Positions 22,925 through 32,000 of a stretch of DNA of 32,000 nt are shown here, piece after piece. Origin of the DNA: Ruminococcus albus 7 = DSM 20455 (GTDB lineage: Bacteria; Bacillota; Clostridia; Oscillospirales; Ruminococcaceae); assembly GCF_000179635.2 (NCBI RefSeq), contig NC_014833.1, positions 270,001 through 302,000 of the forward strand, given 5' to 3'. A program made the position numbers and the translations under genes. Under the pieces are notes generated by a model. The model worked only from the letters and a program-made list of their open reading frames with translations. It was not told the DNA's origin and made no database searches. The number at the start of each line of letters is the position of its first letter. The first letter of the stretch is position 1.

Positions 22925-25495
22925 ATGAAACTGCTTTGTATAGACGGCAACAGCATAATGAACCGTGCTTTTTACGGCATACGCATACTCACCAATTCCA
23001 AGGGGATATGCACCAATGCCATAACAGGGTTCATGAATATATATATGAAAGAGATAGGTGAAGTGCACCCCGACTGTGTGGCTGTAGCCTTCGATCTTAA
23101 AGCACCGACTTTCAGGCATAAGGCGAATTCTTCATACAAGGCAAACCGCAAGGGTATGCCCGATGAACTCGCTCAGCAGATGCCCCTTATAAAAAAGCTT
23201 CTCGGACTTCTCGGCATAAAGACTGTGGAGTGTGAGGGCTACGAAGCCGATGATATCCTCGGCACACTCTCAAAAGCCGCTGCCGATAGCGGAAATGAGT
23301 GCTATATCCTCACAGGTGACCGCGACAGTTTCCAGCTTGTCAGTGAAAATGTCACGGTACGACTTGCGGGTACTAAAGAGACCAAGATATACACTCCCGA
23401 AAGGATAATGGAGGAATATGGTGTAACACCCCGTCAGATGATAGAAGTCAAAGCGCTCATGGGTGATACCTCGGATAATATCTCGGGTGTTAAGGGCATA
23501 GGTGAAAAGACCGCCCTGAGCCTTATACAGCAGGCAGGTACTGTTGAAAACCTCTATTCCGACCTTGATAAATTCACGATAACTAATGGCAACCGCGCAA
23601 AGCTTGAAGCGGGTCATCAGGACGCGATAGACAGTCATTTCCTTGCAGAGATATGCCTTGAAGCCCCCGTTGAAAAGGACACTGCGGCTTACAAATTAAC
23701 TGCTCCCGATGCAGCCGAAGCTAAAGCTTTCCTCACCGAGCTTGAAATGCTCAGACTGATGGAAAGGCTGAAACTCACAGGTGCAGACAGCAAGTCAGCC
23801 GATGCGGGTGAGGAGACCAAAATAAAGCTCAAAGACCTGCCCAAGTACGAAACAGGTCTTCCCTTAAATGATGATGCCATCGCACAGATGACCGAGGGCA
23901 AAAAATCAGCCTTTATCTTTGACGGTAATAAATTGCAGGTCTTCTTTGAGGATAAGGTGTATTCAATAGCTTTCGGTGACTGGGATTTCGACGGCATCGC
24001 CCTGAGATATTTTGAGAGCGGCTGTGAAAAGACCGCATTTGAGGGCAAGAAAGCCCACAGATTCGCATTTGATAACGGTACCCGCCTTAACGGTCTGACA
24101 TTCTGCTGTGACCTTGCAGGATATCTGCTGAATTCTCAGGCAGGGGAGTACACAGCCGAAAATCTCTGCCTGACCTATAAGGTCACTTACCGCTCGGATA
24201 TGGGCGATTTTGCAGATGTCTGCTCTCTGCTACCGCTTGCAGAAAACCTTAAATTACAGCTTGAACAGACCGAGATGCTCAAACTCTTCAATGAGGTGGA
24301 AATGCCCCTCTGTGAAGTCCTCGCATCTATGGAACATTACGGTGTACGTGCAGATACAAACGGTATACGTGAGTTCGGCAAATGGCTGAAAAAGGATATC
24401 GAAGCCCTCACCAAGCAGATATACGACCTTGCAGGCGGCGAATTCAATATCGCATCACCGAAACAGCTGGGCGAAGTCCTCTATGAAAAACTGGGACTTC
24501 CCGCAAAGAAGAAAACCAAGTCGGGTTATTCCACCAACGCCGAAGTTCTTGAAGAACTTGCAGACAAGCACCCCATTGTACGCCTTGTGCTTGAATACCG
24601 CACCCTTACAAAACTCAGCTCCACCTATGTTGACGGTCTGCTGAAAGAAGTAGAATCCGACGGCAGGGTACACAGCGTATTCAAACAGACCGAGACCCGC
24701 ACGGGACGTATAAGCTCCACCGAACCCAATATGCAGAATATCCCCGTGCGCAAGGAGATAGGACGCAATATGCGTAAGTTCTTCGTTGCAGGTGAAGGCT
24801 GTACTCTTCTTGATGCCGATTACAGCCAGATAGAACTCCGTGTTCTCGCGGCAGTATGCGGCGACGAGAATATGAGAAAAACTTTTGAAGAGGGCACGGA
24901 TATCCATGCCATGACAGCTTCACAGGTATTCGGGATACCCGCCGATATGGTGCTCCCCGAGATGAGATCAGCCGCAAAGGCAGTAAACTTCGGCATCATC
25001 TACGGTATCGGAGCATTTTCACTATCCAAGGATATAGGTGTCAGCGTGGCAGAAGCCAAGCAGTATATCAAGAACTATCTCGATAACTTCCCGAAGGTAT
25101 CACAGTTCATGGATAAGACAGTAGAGGACGGCATAAAGAACGGATATGTCACCACCATATTCGGCAGAAGACGCTATATCCCTGAGCTTTCCGCGACCAA
25201 TAAAGTCATGCAGGCATTCGGAAAGCGTGCCGCTATGAATGCCCCGATACAGGGCGCGGCGGCAGATATCATCAAGATAGCCATGGTAAAGGTCTACCAA
25301 AGGCTGAAAGAAGAAAAGCTTGATGCAAGGCTGATACTTCAGGTACACGATGAACTTATAATCGAAGTCACCCCCGAGGACAAGGACAAAGCTTCCGCAG
25401 TTCTCAAAGAGGAGATGGAGAATGCAGTCAAGCTTGCAGTACCTATGGAGGTCTCCGTAGGCGAGGGCGAAAGCTGGTATCTTGCAAAGGGCTGA
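22925..25495 (+). CDS. polA: DNA polymerase I
   Basis: 856 aa with a GGGAGG ribosome-binding site. It has a 5'-nuclease domain with H3TH (GDTSDNISGVKGIGEKTA), motif A LLDADYSQIELRVLA, motif B RSAAKAVNFGIIYG and motif C LQVHDELIIE. The middle domain shows no obvious DxE ExoI motif, so proofreading is probably vestigial, as in several Firmicutes. Confidence 0.97.
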   Translation: MKLLCIDGNSIMNRAFYGIRILTNSKGICTNAITGFMNIYMKEIGEVHPDCVAVAFDLKAPTFRHKANSSYKANRKGMPDELAQQMPLIKKLLGLLGIKTVECEGYEADDILGTLSKAAADSGNECYILTGDRDSFQLVSENVTVRLAGTKETKIYTPERIMEEYGVTPRQMIEVKALMGDTSDNISGVKGIGEKTALSLIQQAGTVENLYSDLDKFTITNGNRAKLEAGHQDAIDSHFLAEICLEAPVEKDTAAYKLTAPDAAEAKAFLTELEMLRLMERLKLTGADSKSADAGEETKIKLKDLPKYETGLPLNDDAIAQMTEGKKSAFIFDGNKLQVFFEDKVYSIAFGDWDFDGIALRYFESGCEKTAFEGKKAHRFAFDNGTRLNGLTFCCDLAGYLLNSQAGEYTAENLCLTYKVTYRSDMGDFADVCSLLPLAENLKLQLEQTEMLKLFNEVEMPLCEVLASMEHYGVRADTNGIREFGKWLKKDIEALTKQIYDLAGGEFNIASPKQLGEVLYEKLGLPAKKKTKSGYSTNAEVLEELADKHPIVRLVLEYRTLTKLSSTYVDGLLKEVESDGRVHSVFKQTETRTGRISSTEPNMQNIPVRKEIGRNMRKFFVAGEGCTLLDADYSQIELRVLAAVCGDENMRKTFEEGTDIHAMTASQVFGIPADMVLPEMRSAAKAVNFGIIYGIGAFSLSKDIGVSVAEAKQYIKNYLDNFPKVSQFMDKTVEDGIKNGYVTTIFGRRRYIPELSATNKVMQAFGKRAAMNAPIQGAAADIIKIAMVKVYQRLKEEKLDARLILQVHDELIIEVTPEDKDKASAVLKEEMENAVKLAVPMEVSVGEGESWYLAKG

Positions 25496-25568
25496 TAAGT
25501 CCATATATACTAAAGCGGAACTGGCAGATTATCTAAAAACGACAGCATAGTACAGGCGGAGGATAAAT

Positions 25569-26534
25569 TTGAGAGAATTCAGTATAAATAAAAATGACGC
25601 GGGACAGCGCATGGATAAATTTCTCACCAAGGCAGTCCCTGCACTGCCGAAAAACCTGATGTACAAATACATCAGGTTAAAGCGCATAAAGCTTAACGGC
25701 AAACGTTGTGAGATAAGCACAAAACTCAGCGAGGGCGACAGCGTACAGCTCTATATCAATGATGAATTTTTCCCGGAAAAGCGCGATGAAGCCCATCGTT
25801 TCCTCAACTCGCCCAAGGATATCGAAATAGTGTACGAGGACGAAAATATAATCCTCTGCGATAAGCCCTGCGGTCTTGTTGTACATGAGGACGAAAGCGG
25901 CGAAGCGGATACACTGATAGACCGTGTTCTGCACTATCTCTATGACAAAGGGGAATACGATCCCGATACCGAAAACAGCTTTACTCCCGCCCTGTGCAAC
26001 CGCATCGACAGGAATACCTCTGGTATAGTGATATGTGCCAAAAATGCCGAAAGTCTGCGGGTGCTCAATCAGAAAGTCAAGGACAGGGAACTTGAAAAAC
26101 TCTATCTCTGCGTTACAGTGGGTATACCGAATAAAAAGTCCGCTGAGCTGAAAGCTTTCCACCGCCGCGATGAAAAGACAAAGGTAGTCCGTGTAGAGGA
26201 CAAGTCTTTCCCGGGCAGTAAGACCATGATAACCCGCTATAAAGTCCTCGCTGAGAATAAGCAGTCAGGTCTTGCACTTCTGGAAGTCGATCTCGTCACA
26301 GGCAGAACTCACCAGATAAGAGCACATCTTGCACACATCGGCTACCCCCTGCTGGGCGACGGAAAATACGGCAGCAATAAGATAAACCGCGCCCTCGGCG
26401 TGAAGACCCAGGCACTGTGCTCATATAAACTCACATTCAGATTTACCACCGAAAGCGGCTGTCTGGAATACCTTGACGGCAAAAGTTTTGAAGTTAAAAA
26501 AGTCTGGTTCAAAGATAAGTTCTTTGAATTATAA
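25569..26534 (+). CDS. RluA-family pseudouridine synthase with an N-terminal S4-like domain
   Basis: TTG start with GGAGG 7 nt upstream. The catalytic block is NRIDRNTSGIV, and HQIRAHLAHIGYPLLGD is present. Confidence 0.88.
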   Translation: MREFSINKNDAGQRMDKFLTKAVPALPKNLMYKYIRLKRIKLNGKRCEISTKLSEGDSVQLYINDEFFPEKRDEAHRFLNSPKDIEIVYEDENIILCDKPCGLVVHEDESGEADTLIDRVLHYLYDKGEYDPDTENSFTPALCNRIDRNTSGIVICAKNAESLRVLNQKVKDRELEKLYLCVTVGIPNKKSAELKAFHRRDEKTKVVRVEDKSFPGSKTMITRYKVLAENKQSGLALLEVDLVTGRTHQIRAHLAHIGYPLLGDGKYGSNKINRALGVKTQALCSYKLTFRFTTESGCLEYLDGKSFEVKKVWFKDKFFEL

Positions 26535-26560
26535 AAAAACCGTCCCCGAAAAAGGGACGG
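26533..26560 (-). terminator. Rho-independent terminator serving malQ
   Basis: CCGTCCC (26540-26546) pairs with GGGACGG (26554-26560). On the minus strand it is followed by TTTTTTT (the complement of the A-run at 26533-26539). Confidence 0.75.
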
Positions 26561-26581
26561 CTCATATATCGTATCATATCG

Positions 26582-26612
26582 GGCGGAGGTCATTCTTCCG
26601 CCTTTTCTTTTT
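26582..26612 (+). terminator. Rho-independent terminator serving the pseudouridine synthase gene, embedded in the malQ 3' end
   Basis: An 8-bp stem joins 26582-26589 and 26595-26602 (GGCGGAGG/CTTCCGCC, one G-U) with loop TCATT, followed by TTTTCTTTTTTCTTTT. The loop contains the complement of the malQ stop codon. Confidence 0.6.
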
Positions 26613-28107
26613 TCTTTTCTGTCTTGGGTGCTCTGCCATAGATCTCAGTTATATCTGCAAGCTTGTCGATCAGCTTGTTCGTGAGAAGCTCTGAACTTTC
26701 CAGACGCCATTTCCAGTTCGTGCCAACAGTCGAAGGTGTGTTCATTCTGGCGGATGAACCAAGTTCAAGTATGTCCTGCATCTGCGCGATAGCAGTATCA
26801 CATACGCTTGACCAGCACAGCCTTGTAAGTGCCCAGGGCACATCACTGTCTTTTTTGACGTTAAGGTACTTCTTGCAGAATTCCGCAGTCTTTTTATCGC
26901 AGCCGGTTATCCAGCCAAGGGCAGTTTCATTATCGTGAGTGCCCGTGTAGCATACGCTGTTTGAAGTTGTATAATTATGCGGAAGATATCCGTTGGAACT
27001 GTCACCGTCAAATGCGAACTCCAGTATCTTCATGCCGGGATAACCTGCTGCTTCCAGCATCTTGACAACCTTTTTAGTAAGGAATCCAAGATCTTCCGCT
27101 ATGATATCAAGATCTCCAAGCTTGCGGTTCACCGCTTTGAAAAGCTTCATATCAGGACCCTTGCTCCAGTGACCCTTTCTAGCATTGGGTGCACCGTAGG
27201 GTATGCAATAGTAGCTTTCAAATCCGCGGAAATGGTCTATCCTGACGGTATCATATATATCAAATGCTGTGCGTATACGTTCTGTCCACCAGTGGTATTT
27301 TTCCTTTGCCATATAGTCCCAGCGGTACAGGGGATTTCCCCACAGCTGACCGTCCTCTGAGAAACAGTCGGGAGGACATCCTGCCACTTCGATTGGCTTC
27401 TTGTCCTTATCCAGATAGAAGTATTCCGGAGTAGCCCATACCTCAACACTGTCGTAAGCGCAGTATATCGGTATATCACCGATTATCTTTATGCCGCGGT
27501 CATTGGCGTACTTTTTAAGACGTTTCCACTGTCTGAAATACTCATACTGCACAAAGCACCAGAAGTCGATATCGTCAGCATAATCCTTTGAAGCCTGTTT
27601 GACAGCCTTGCCCTTGTGCATTTTCAGCGGTTCTTCCCATTCGTACCAAGCTTTTCCGTCATGTGCGAATTTCAGCGCCATGAACAGACCGTAGTCGTAT
27701 ATCCAGTTCTTGTTGTCCAGTACGAATTTCACATAACCCTTTGCAGGAGATTTGCGGAAGCGCTTATGTGCTTTTTTCAGCACCTTGAAGATATTCTCGT
27801 ATATAGTGCCGTAGTCAACGGAGCCTTTGTCTTCGCCCCAATTGATATCTTTGTATTCCTCGGCTTTAAGGTATCCGTCCTTTTCAAGCGTTTCAAGGTC
27901 GATGAAATAAGGATTTCCCGCGTGTATCGAAAAACTCTGATAAGGTGAATCACCATAGCTTGTAGGTGACACCGGAAGTATCTGCCAGCAGCTTTGCTTG
28001 GCACGTACCAGAAAATCCACAAATCCATAGGCTTCACGCCCCATTTTGCCTATGCCGTAATTATTTGGCAGTGAGGATATATGCATAAGTATTCCGCTTT
28101 TTCTCAT
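26590..28107 (-). CDS. malQ: 4-alpha-glucanotransferase (amylomaltase, GH77)
   Basis: 505 aa with a GAGGT ribosome-binding site. Blocks SGILMHISSLP, GDIPIY, RIDHFRGF and YTGTHDN are present. Confidence 0.93.
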   Translation of the reverse strand: MRKSGILMHISSLPNNYGIGKMGREAYGFVDFLVRAKQSCWQILPVSPTSYGDSPYQSFSIHAGNPYFIDLETLEKDGYLKAEEYKDINWGEDKGSVDYGTIYENIFKVLKKAHKRFRKSPAKGYVKFVLDNKNWIYDYGLFMALKFAHDGKAWYEWEEPLKMHKGKAVKQASKDYADDIDFWCFVQYEYFRQWKRLKKYANDRGIKIIGDIPIYCAYDSVEVWATPEYFYLDKDKKPIEVAGCPPDCFSEDGQLWGNPLYRWDYMAKEKYHWWTERIRTAFDIYDTVRIDHFRGFESYYCIPYGAPNARKGHWSKGPDMKLFKAVNRKLGDLDIIAEDLGFLTKKVVKMLEAAGYPGMKILEFAFDGDSSNGYLPHNYTTSNSVCYTGTHDNETALGWITGCDKKTAEFCKKYLNVKKDSDVPWALTRLCWSSVCDTAIAQMQDILELGSSARMNTPSTVGTNWKWRLESSELLTNKLIDKLADITEIYGRAPKTEKKKEKAEE

Positions 28108-28154
28108 ATTGATTACCTCGCATAGAAGTTCTTGTCATTGTTACGTATACTATA

Positions 28155-28183
28155 ATTGTAACATATTTATATGAATTTTGCAA
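28155..28183 (-). promoter_or_regulatory. Putative malQ promoter
   Basis: On the minus strand: TTGCAA (28183-28178), a 17-nt spacer, then TGtTACAAT (-10 at 28160-28155). Confidence 0.5.
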
Positions 28184-28283
28184 TAGTGTGGAAGGAAATA
28201 TTGTTATATTTTTCACAATTAAGATATCACTTCAACGCACCGCTTAAAATGTATGTAGACACTGCTGATCATTTATATTGCAA

Positions 28284-28317
28284 ATAAAAAGGGGCTGAGA
28301 TCATTGATCCCAACCCC
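28284..28317 (-). terminator. Rho-independent terminator of the atp operon
   Basis: GGGGCTGAGATC (28291-28302) pairs with GATCCCAACCCC (28306-28317), 12 bp including two G-U pairs. On the minus strand it is followed by TTTTTATTTG. Confidence 0.75.
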
Positions 28318-28332
28318 ACAGCTCTTTATGTT

Positions 28333-28737
28333 TTATTTCTTGTTCGCCACCGAGATACGGTTGACCGCTCTCTTCAGCTGTCTTTCAGCAAGGTCGAATT
28401 CGGTTCGGCTAGTCTCGGCTTTGAGCTGTTTCTCCGCTCTTGCCTTGGATCGTTCTGCACGAGCTACATCGATCTCGTCAGACCATTCTATAGCCGAAGT
28501 CAGCACAGTGACCATGCTGTCCTCGGATACTTTTACTATACCGTCGGATATAGCCGCACTGCGGAAGCTTCCGTCTGAACGTATCTTCATTTCGGAAGGT
28601 ACTATACTTGCAACATAGGGCGCATGACCTTTCAGTATGCCTACATAGCCTGATGTAGTTTTAGCGATCAGCTGTTCGGCATCGCCCTCAAAGAATATCT
28701 TCTCGGGGGTCAGTACTCTTAATTTGAAAACTGCCAT
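28333..28737 (-). CDS. atpC: F1 ATP synthase epsilon subunit
   Basis: 134 aa, in the position after atpD. The N-terminal beta-sandwich block LRVLTPEKIFFEGDAEQL and a C-terminal helical hairpin are present. Confidence 0.9.
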   Translation of the reverse strand: MAVFKLRVLTPEKIFFEGDAEQLIAKTTSGYVGILKGHAPYVASIVPSEMKIRSDGSFRSAAISDGIVKVSEDSMVTVLTSAIEWSDEIDVARAERSKARAEKQLKAETSRTEFDLAERQLKRAVNRISVANKK

Positions 28738-28752
28738 AGTTTCCGCCTTTCG

Positions 28753-30174
<1,422 letters not shown>

Positions 30175-30220
30175 CTATCCATTATCTGAATGATACAGTC
30201 AATGGATCATGAATTGTGAA

Positions 30221-31081
30221 TCACGAATTATCGTTCAGGCTTGCCGAGCTTATCTCGGTGATCTCCTGAGTTATCTGTGCCTGTCTTGCGCGGTTGTACA
30301 GCAGTGACAGCTTTTCGATCATCTCGTTAGCGTTGTCGCTTGCTGATTCCATAGCAGTTCTTCTTGCAGCCTGTTCGGATGCGAAGCTGTCAACTATGGC
30401 CGAATAAAGCATACCGCCCATATATTCAGGTATCAGGCTGTCAAAGACCTCTTCGGGTGAAGGGTCATATATGGTCATAGGATGTTTCTGACCAAGGTAT
30501 TCAAGGTTCTCAACAGGGAGTATCCTGAGGTGCTGTGGTTCCTGTGTCATTACAGAAACGAAAGTGGTGTATACCAGTTCCACAGCATCGAAATCACCTA
30601 TCTTGAAACGCTCGATCACCTTGTTGGCTATCATCATGGCATCTATGAGCTCTATGCCTTCAGCTATCTGCGGGAAGCCGTCTATAAGTTTATATTCACG
30701 CTTCTCAAAGTACTCAACTGCCTTTTTTCCGATAGCCATTATAACAGCTTCACCGCCGCTTTCGGTTATCGCATCAGCCTTGGCTTTTGCCAGTTTCAGT
30801 ACATTAGTGTTGAAACCGCCCGCAAGACCTCTGTCACCTGCAATAACTATCAGAAGTACCGAGTTCTTGAACTTTTTCTTGGTGAACACCGAGGTGAATT
30901 CGTGGTCGCGGGAGATATCTGCCATTACCTGGAAAACGCCCTCAAAGAACGGGTGTACCGCTTCGGCACGCTCCTTGGCTTTCCTCATCTTTGAGGACGC
31001 GACCAGCTGCATAGCCTTGGTTATCTGCATGGTGCTTTCCACGCTTTTTATACGGCGCTTTACGTCCTTCATGTTAGCCAT
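30221..31081 (-). CDS. atpG: F1 ATP synthase gamma subunit
   Basis: 286 aa. The N-terminal block IKSVESTMQITKAMQLVASSK and the C-terminal block LLYNRARQAQITQEI are typical of gamma. Confidence 0.92.
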   Translation of the reverse strand: MANMKDVKRRIKSVESTMQITKAMQLVASSKMRKAKERAEAVHPFFEGVFQVMADISRDHEFTSVFTKKKFKNSVLLIVIAGDRGLAGGFNTNVLKLAKAKADAITESGGEAVIMAIGKKAVEYFEKREYKLIDGFPQIAEGIELIDAMMIANKVIERFKIGDFDAVELVYTTFVSVMTQEPQHLRILPVENLEYLGQKHPMTIYDPSPEEVFDSLIPEYMGGMLYSAIVDSFASEQAARRTAMESASDNANEMIEKLSLLYNRARQAQITQEITEISSASLNDNS

Positions 31082-31093
31082 AAGCCGTTCTCC

Positions 31094-32000
31094 TTACTTC
31101 TGCTGCATAAACTTATCCGCAAAATCCTTAAGCACATTTTTGAGTGCCTTTTCGTTCTCTGCGGTGAGTTCCTTTGTATCGCGTATAGATGCGAGTATAT
31201 CGGGATGAGATTCATCGAGGAACAGGAACAAGTCCTTCTCGTACTCACGTATATCCTCCACCGGTATCTTCTTGAGGTAATTATTTACAACAGCGTAGAT
31301 TATAACTACCTGCTTTTCAACATCAACAGGGGAGTTCTTGGACTGTTTGAGTACCTCAACTATACGTTCTCCCTGTGCAAGTCTGTCCTTGGTATCCTGG
31401 TCAAGATCTGAACCGAACTGTGAGAAGCTCTGCAATTCTCTGTACTGAGAGTACAGCAGCTTCAAGGGACCCGATACCTTCTTCATCGCCTTTATCTGTG
31501 CCGAACCGCCGACACGGGATACGGATATACCCGGGTTTACCGCAGGTCTAACACCTGAGAAGAACAGCTCTGTTTCCAGGAATATCTGACCGTCGGTAAT
31601 GGATATTACGTTTGTTGGTATGTAAGCCGAAACGTCACCTGCCTGAGTTTCGATGATAGGCAGTGCGGTTATGGAACCGCCGCCGTTATCTTCATTAAGA
31701 CAGCACGCTCTCTCCAGCAGACGTGAATGCAGATAGAATACATCGCCGGGATAAGCCTCACGTCCTGTAGGTCTTTTCAGCAGCAGTGACATTGTTCTGT
31801 ACGCAACAGCGTGCTTTGAAAGATCGTCGTATACGCACAGCACATCCTTGCCCTGTAACATGAAGTACTCTGCCATAGCAACACCTGCATAGGGTGCTAT
31901 GTACTGCAGAGGAGCCATTTCAGATGCAGTAGCTGATACTACTATGGAATAATCCATAGCATCATTCTTAGTCAGGGTATCAACGATATTTGCAACAGTT
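31094..32000 (-). CDS. atpA: F1 ATP synthase alpha subunit, C-terminal part (5' end outside the window)
   Basis: The frame stays open from 31957 to the window edge (…[21 protein letters not shown]…). Blocks [19 protein letters not shown] and ITDGQIFLE are present. Confidence 0.95.
   Translation of the reverse strand, partial: TVANIVDTLTKNDAMDYSIVVSATASEMAPLQYIAPYAGVAMAEYFMLQGKDVLCVYDDLSKHAVAYRTMSLLLKRPTGREAYPGDVFYLHSRLLERACCLNEDNGGGSITALPIIETQAGDVSAYIPTNVISITDGQIFLETELFFSGVRPAVNPGISVSRVGGSAQIKAMKKVSGPLKLLYSQYRELQSFSQFGSDLDQDTKDRLAQGERIVEVLKQSKNSPVDVEKQVVIIYAVVNNYLKKIPVEDIREYEKDLFLFLDESHPDILASIRDTKELTAENEKALKNVLKDFADKFMQQK

Overview
This is a 32-kb chromosomal window that looks like a Clostridia-type Firmicute, judging by strong GGAGG-type ribosome-binding sites, TGnTATAAT promoters, and a split AICARFT/PurO arrangement. 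All coordinates and motifs were read by hand from the sequence and the ORF track; no searches were run.

Most of the window is housekeeping:
- Plus-strand purine block: a 5'-truncated HAD hydrolase, then purC, a purF-like gene and purM, then a terminator, four accessory genes and purN.
- Convergent minus-strand block: a low-GC membrane protein, purO, five unknown genes, AICARFT-only purH, three lipoproteins and purD.
- A monocistronic pta.
- A plus-strand unit of YdbS-like, YdbT-like, three small acidic ORFs, cheA and cheW.
- polA and an RluA-family pseudouridine synthase.
- Minus-strand malQ.
- The 3' half of the F1 ATP synthase operon (atpA partial, atpG, atpD, atpC).

I found no rRNA, tRNA, CRISPR array, transposase or phage genes.

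The observations most worth a second look:
1. A roughly 330-bp nested inverted-repeat element fills the convergent purN/purD junction. It contains a perfect 38-bp palindrome and mutually exclusive 19-bp helices.
2. A five-gene cassette of unknown function sits between purO and purH, linked to purO by a one-nucleotide stop/start overlap. It encodes a 134-aa protein, a zinc-ribbon membrane protein, a small membrane protein, a CbrC-family protein and a membrane protein.
3. An orphan cheA-cheW pair appears co-transcribed with the YdbS/YdbT-like PH-domain membrane proteins and the three small ORFs. CheA carries a tandem duplication of its P2-like module.
4. The purF gene lacks the N-terminal nucleophile cysteine.
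5. An alpha/beta-hydrolase gene has its oxyanion motif fused directly to its nucleophile elbow, which suggests an in-frame deletion.
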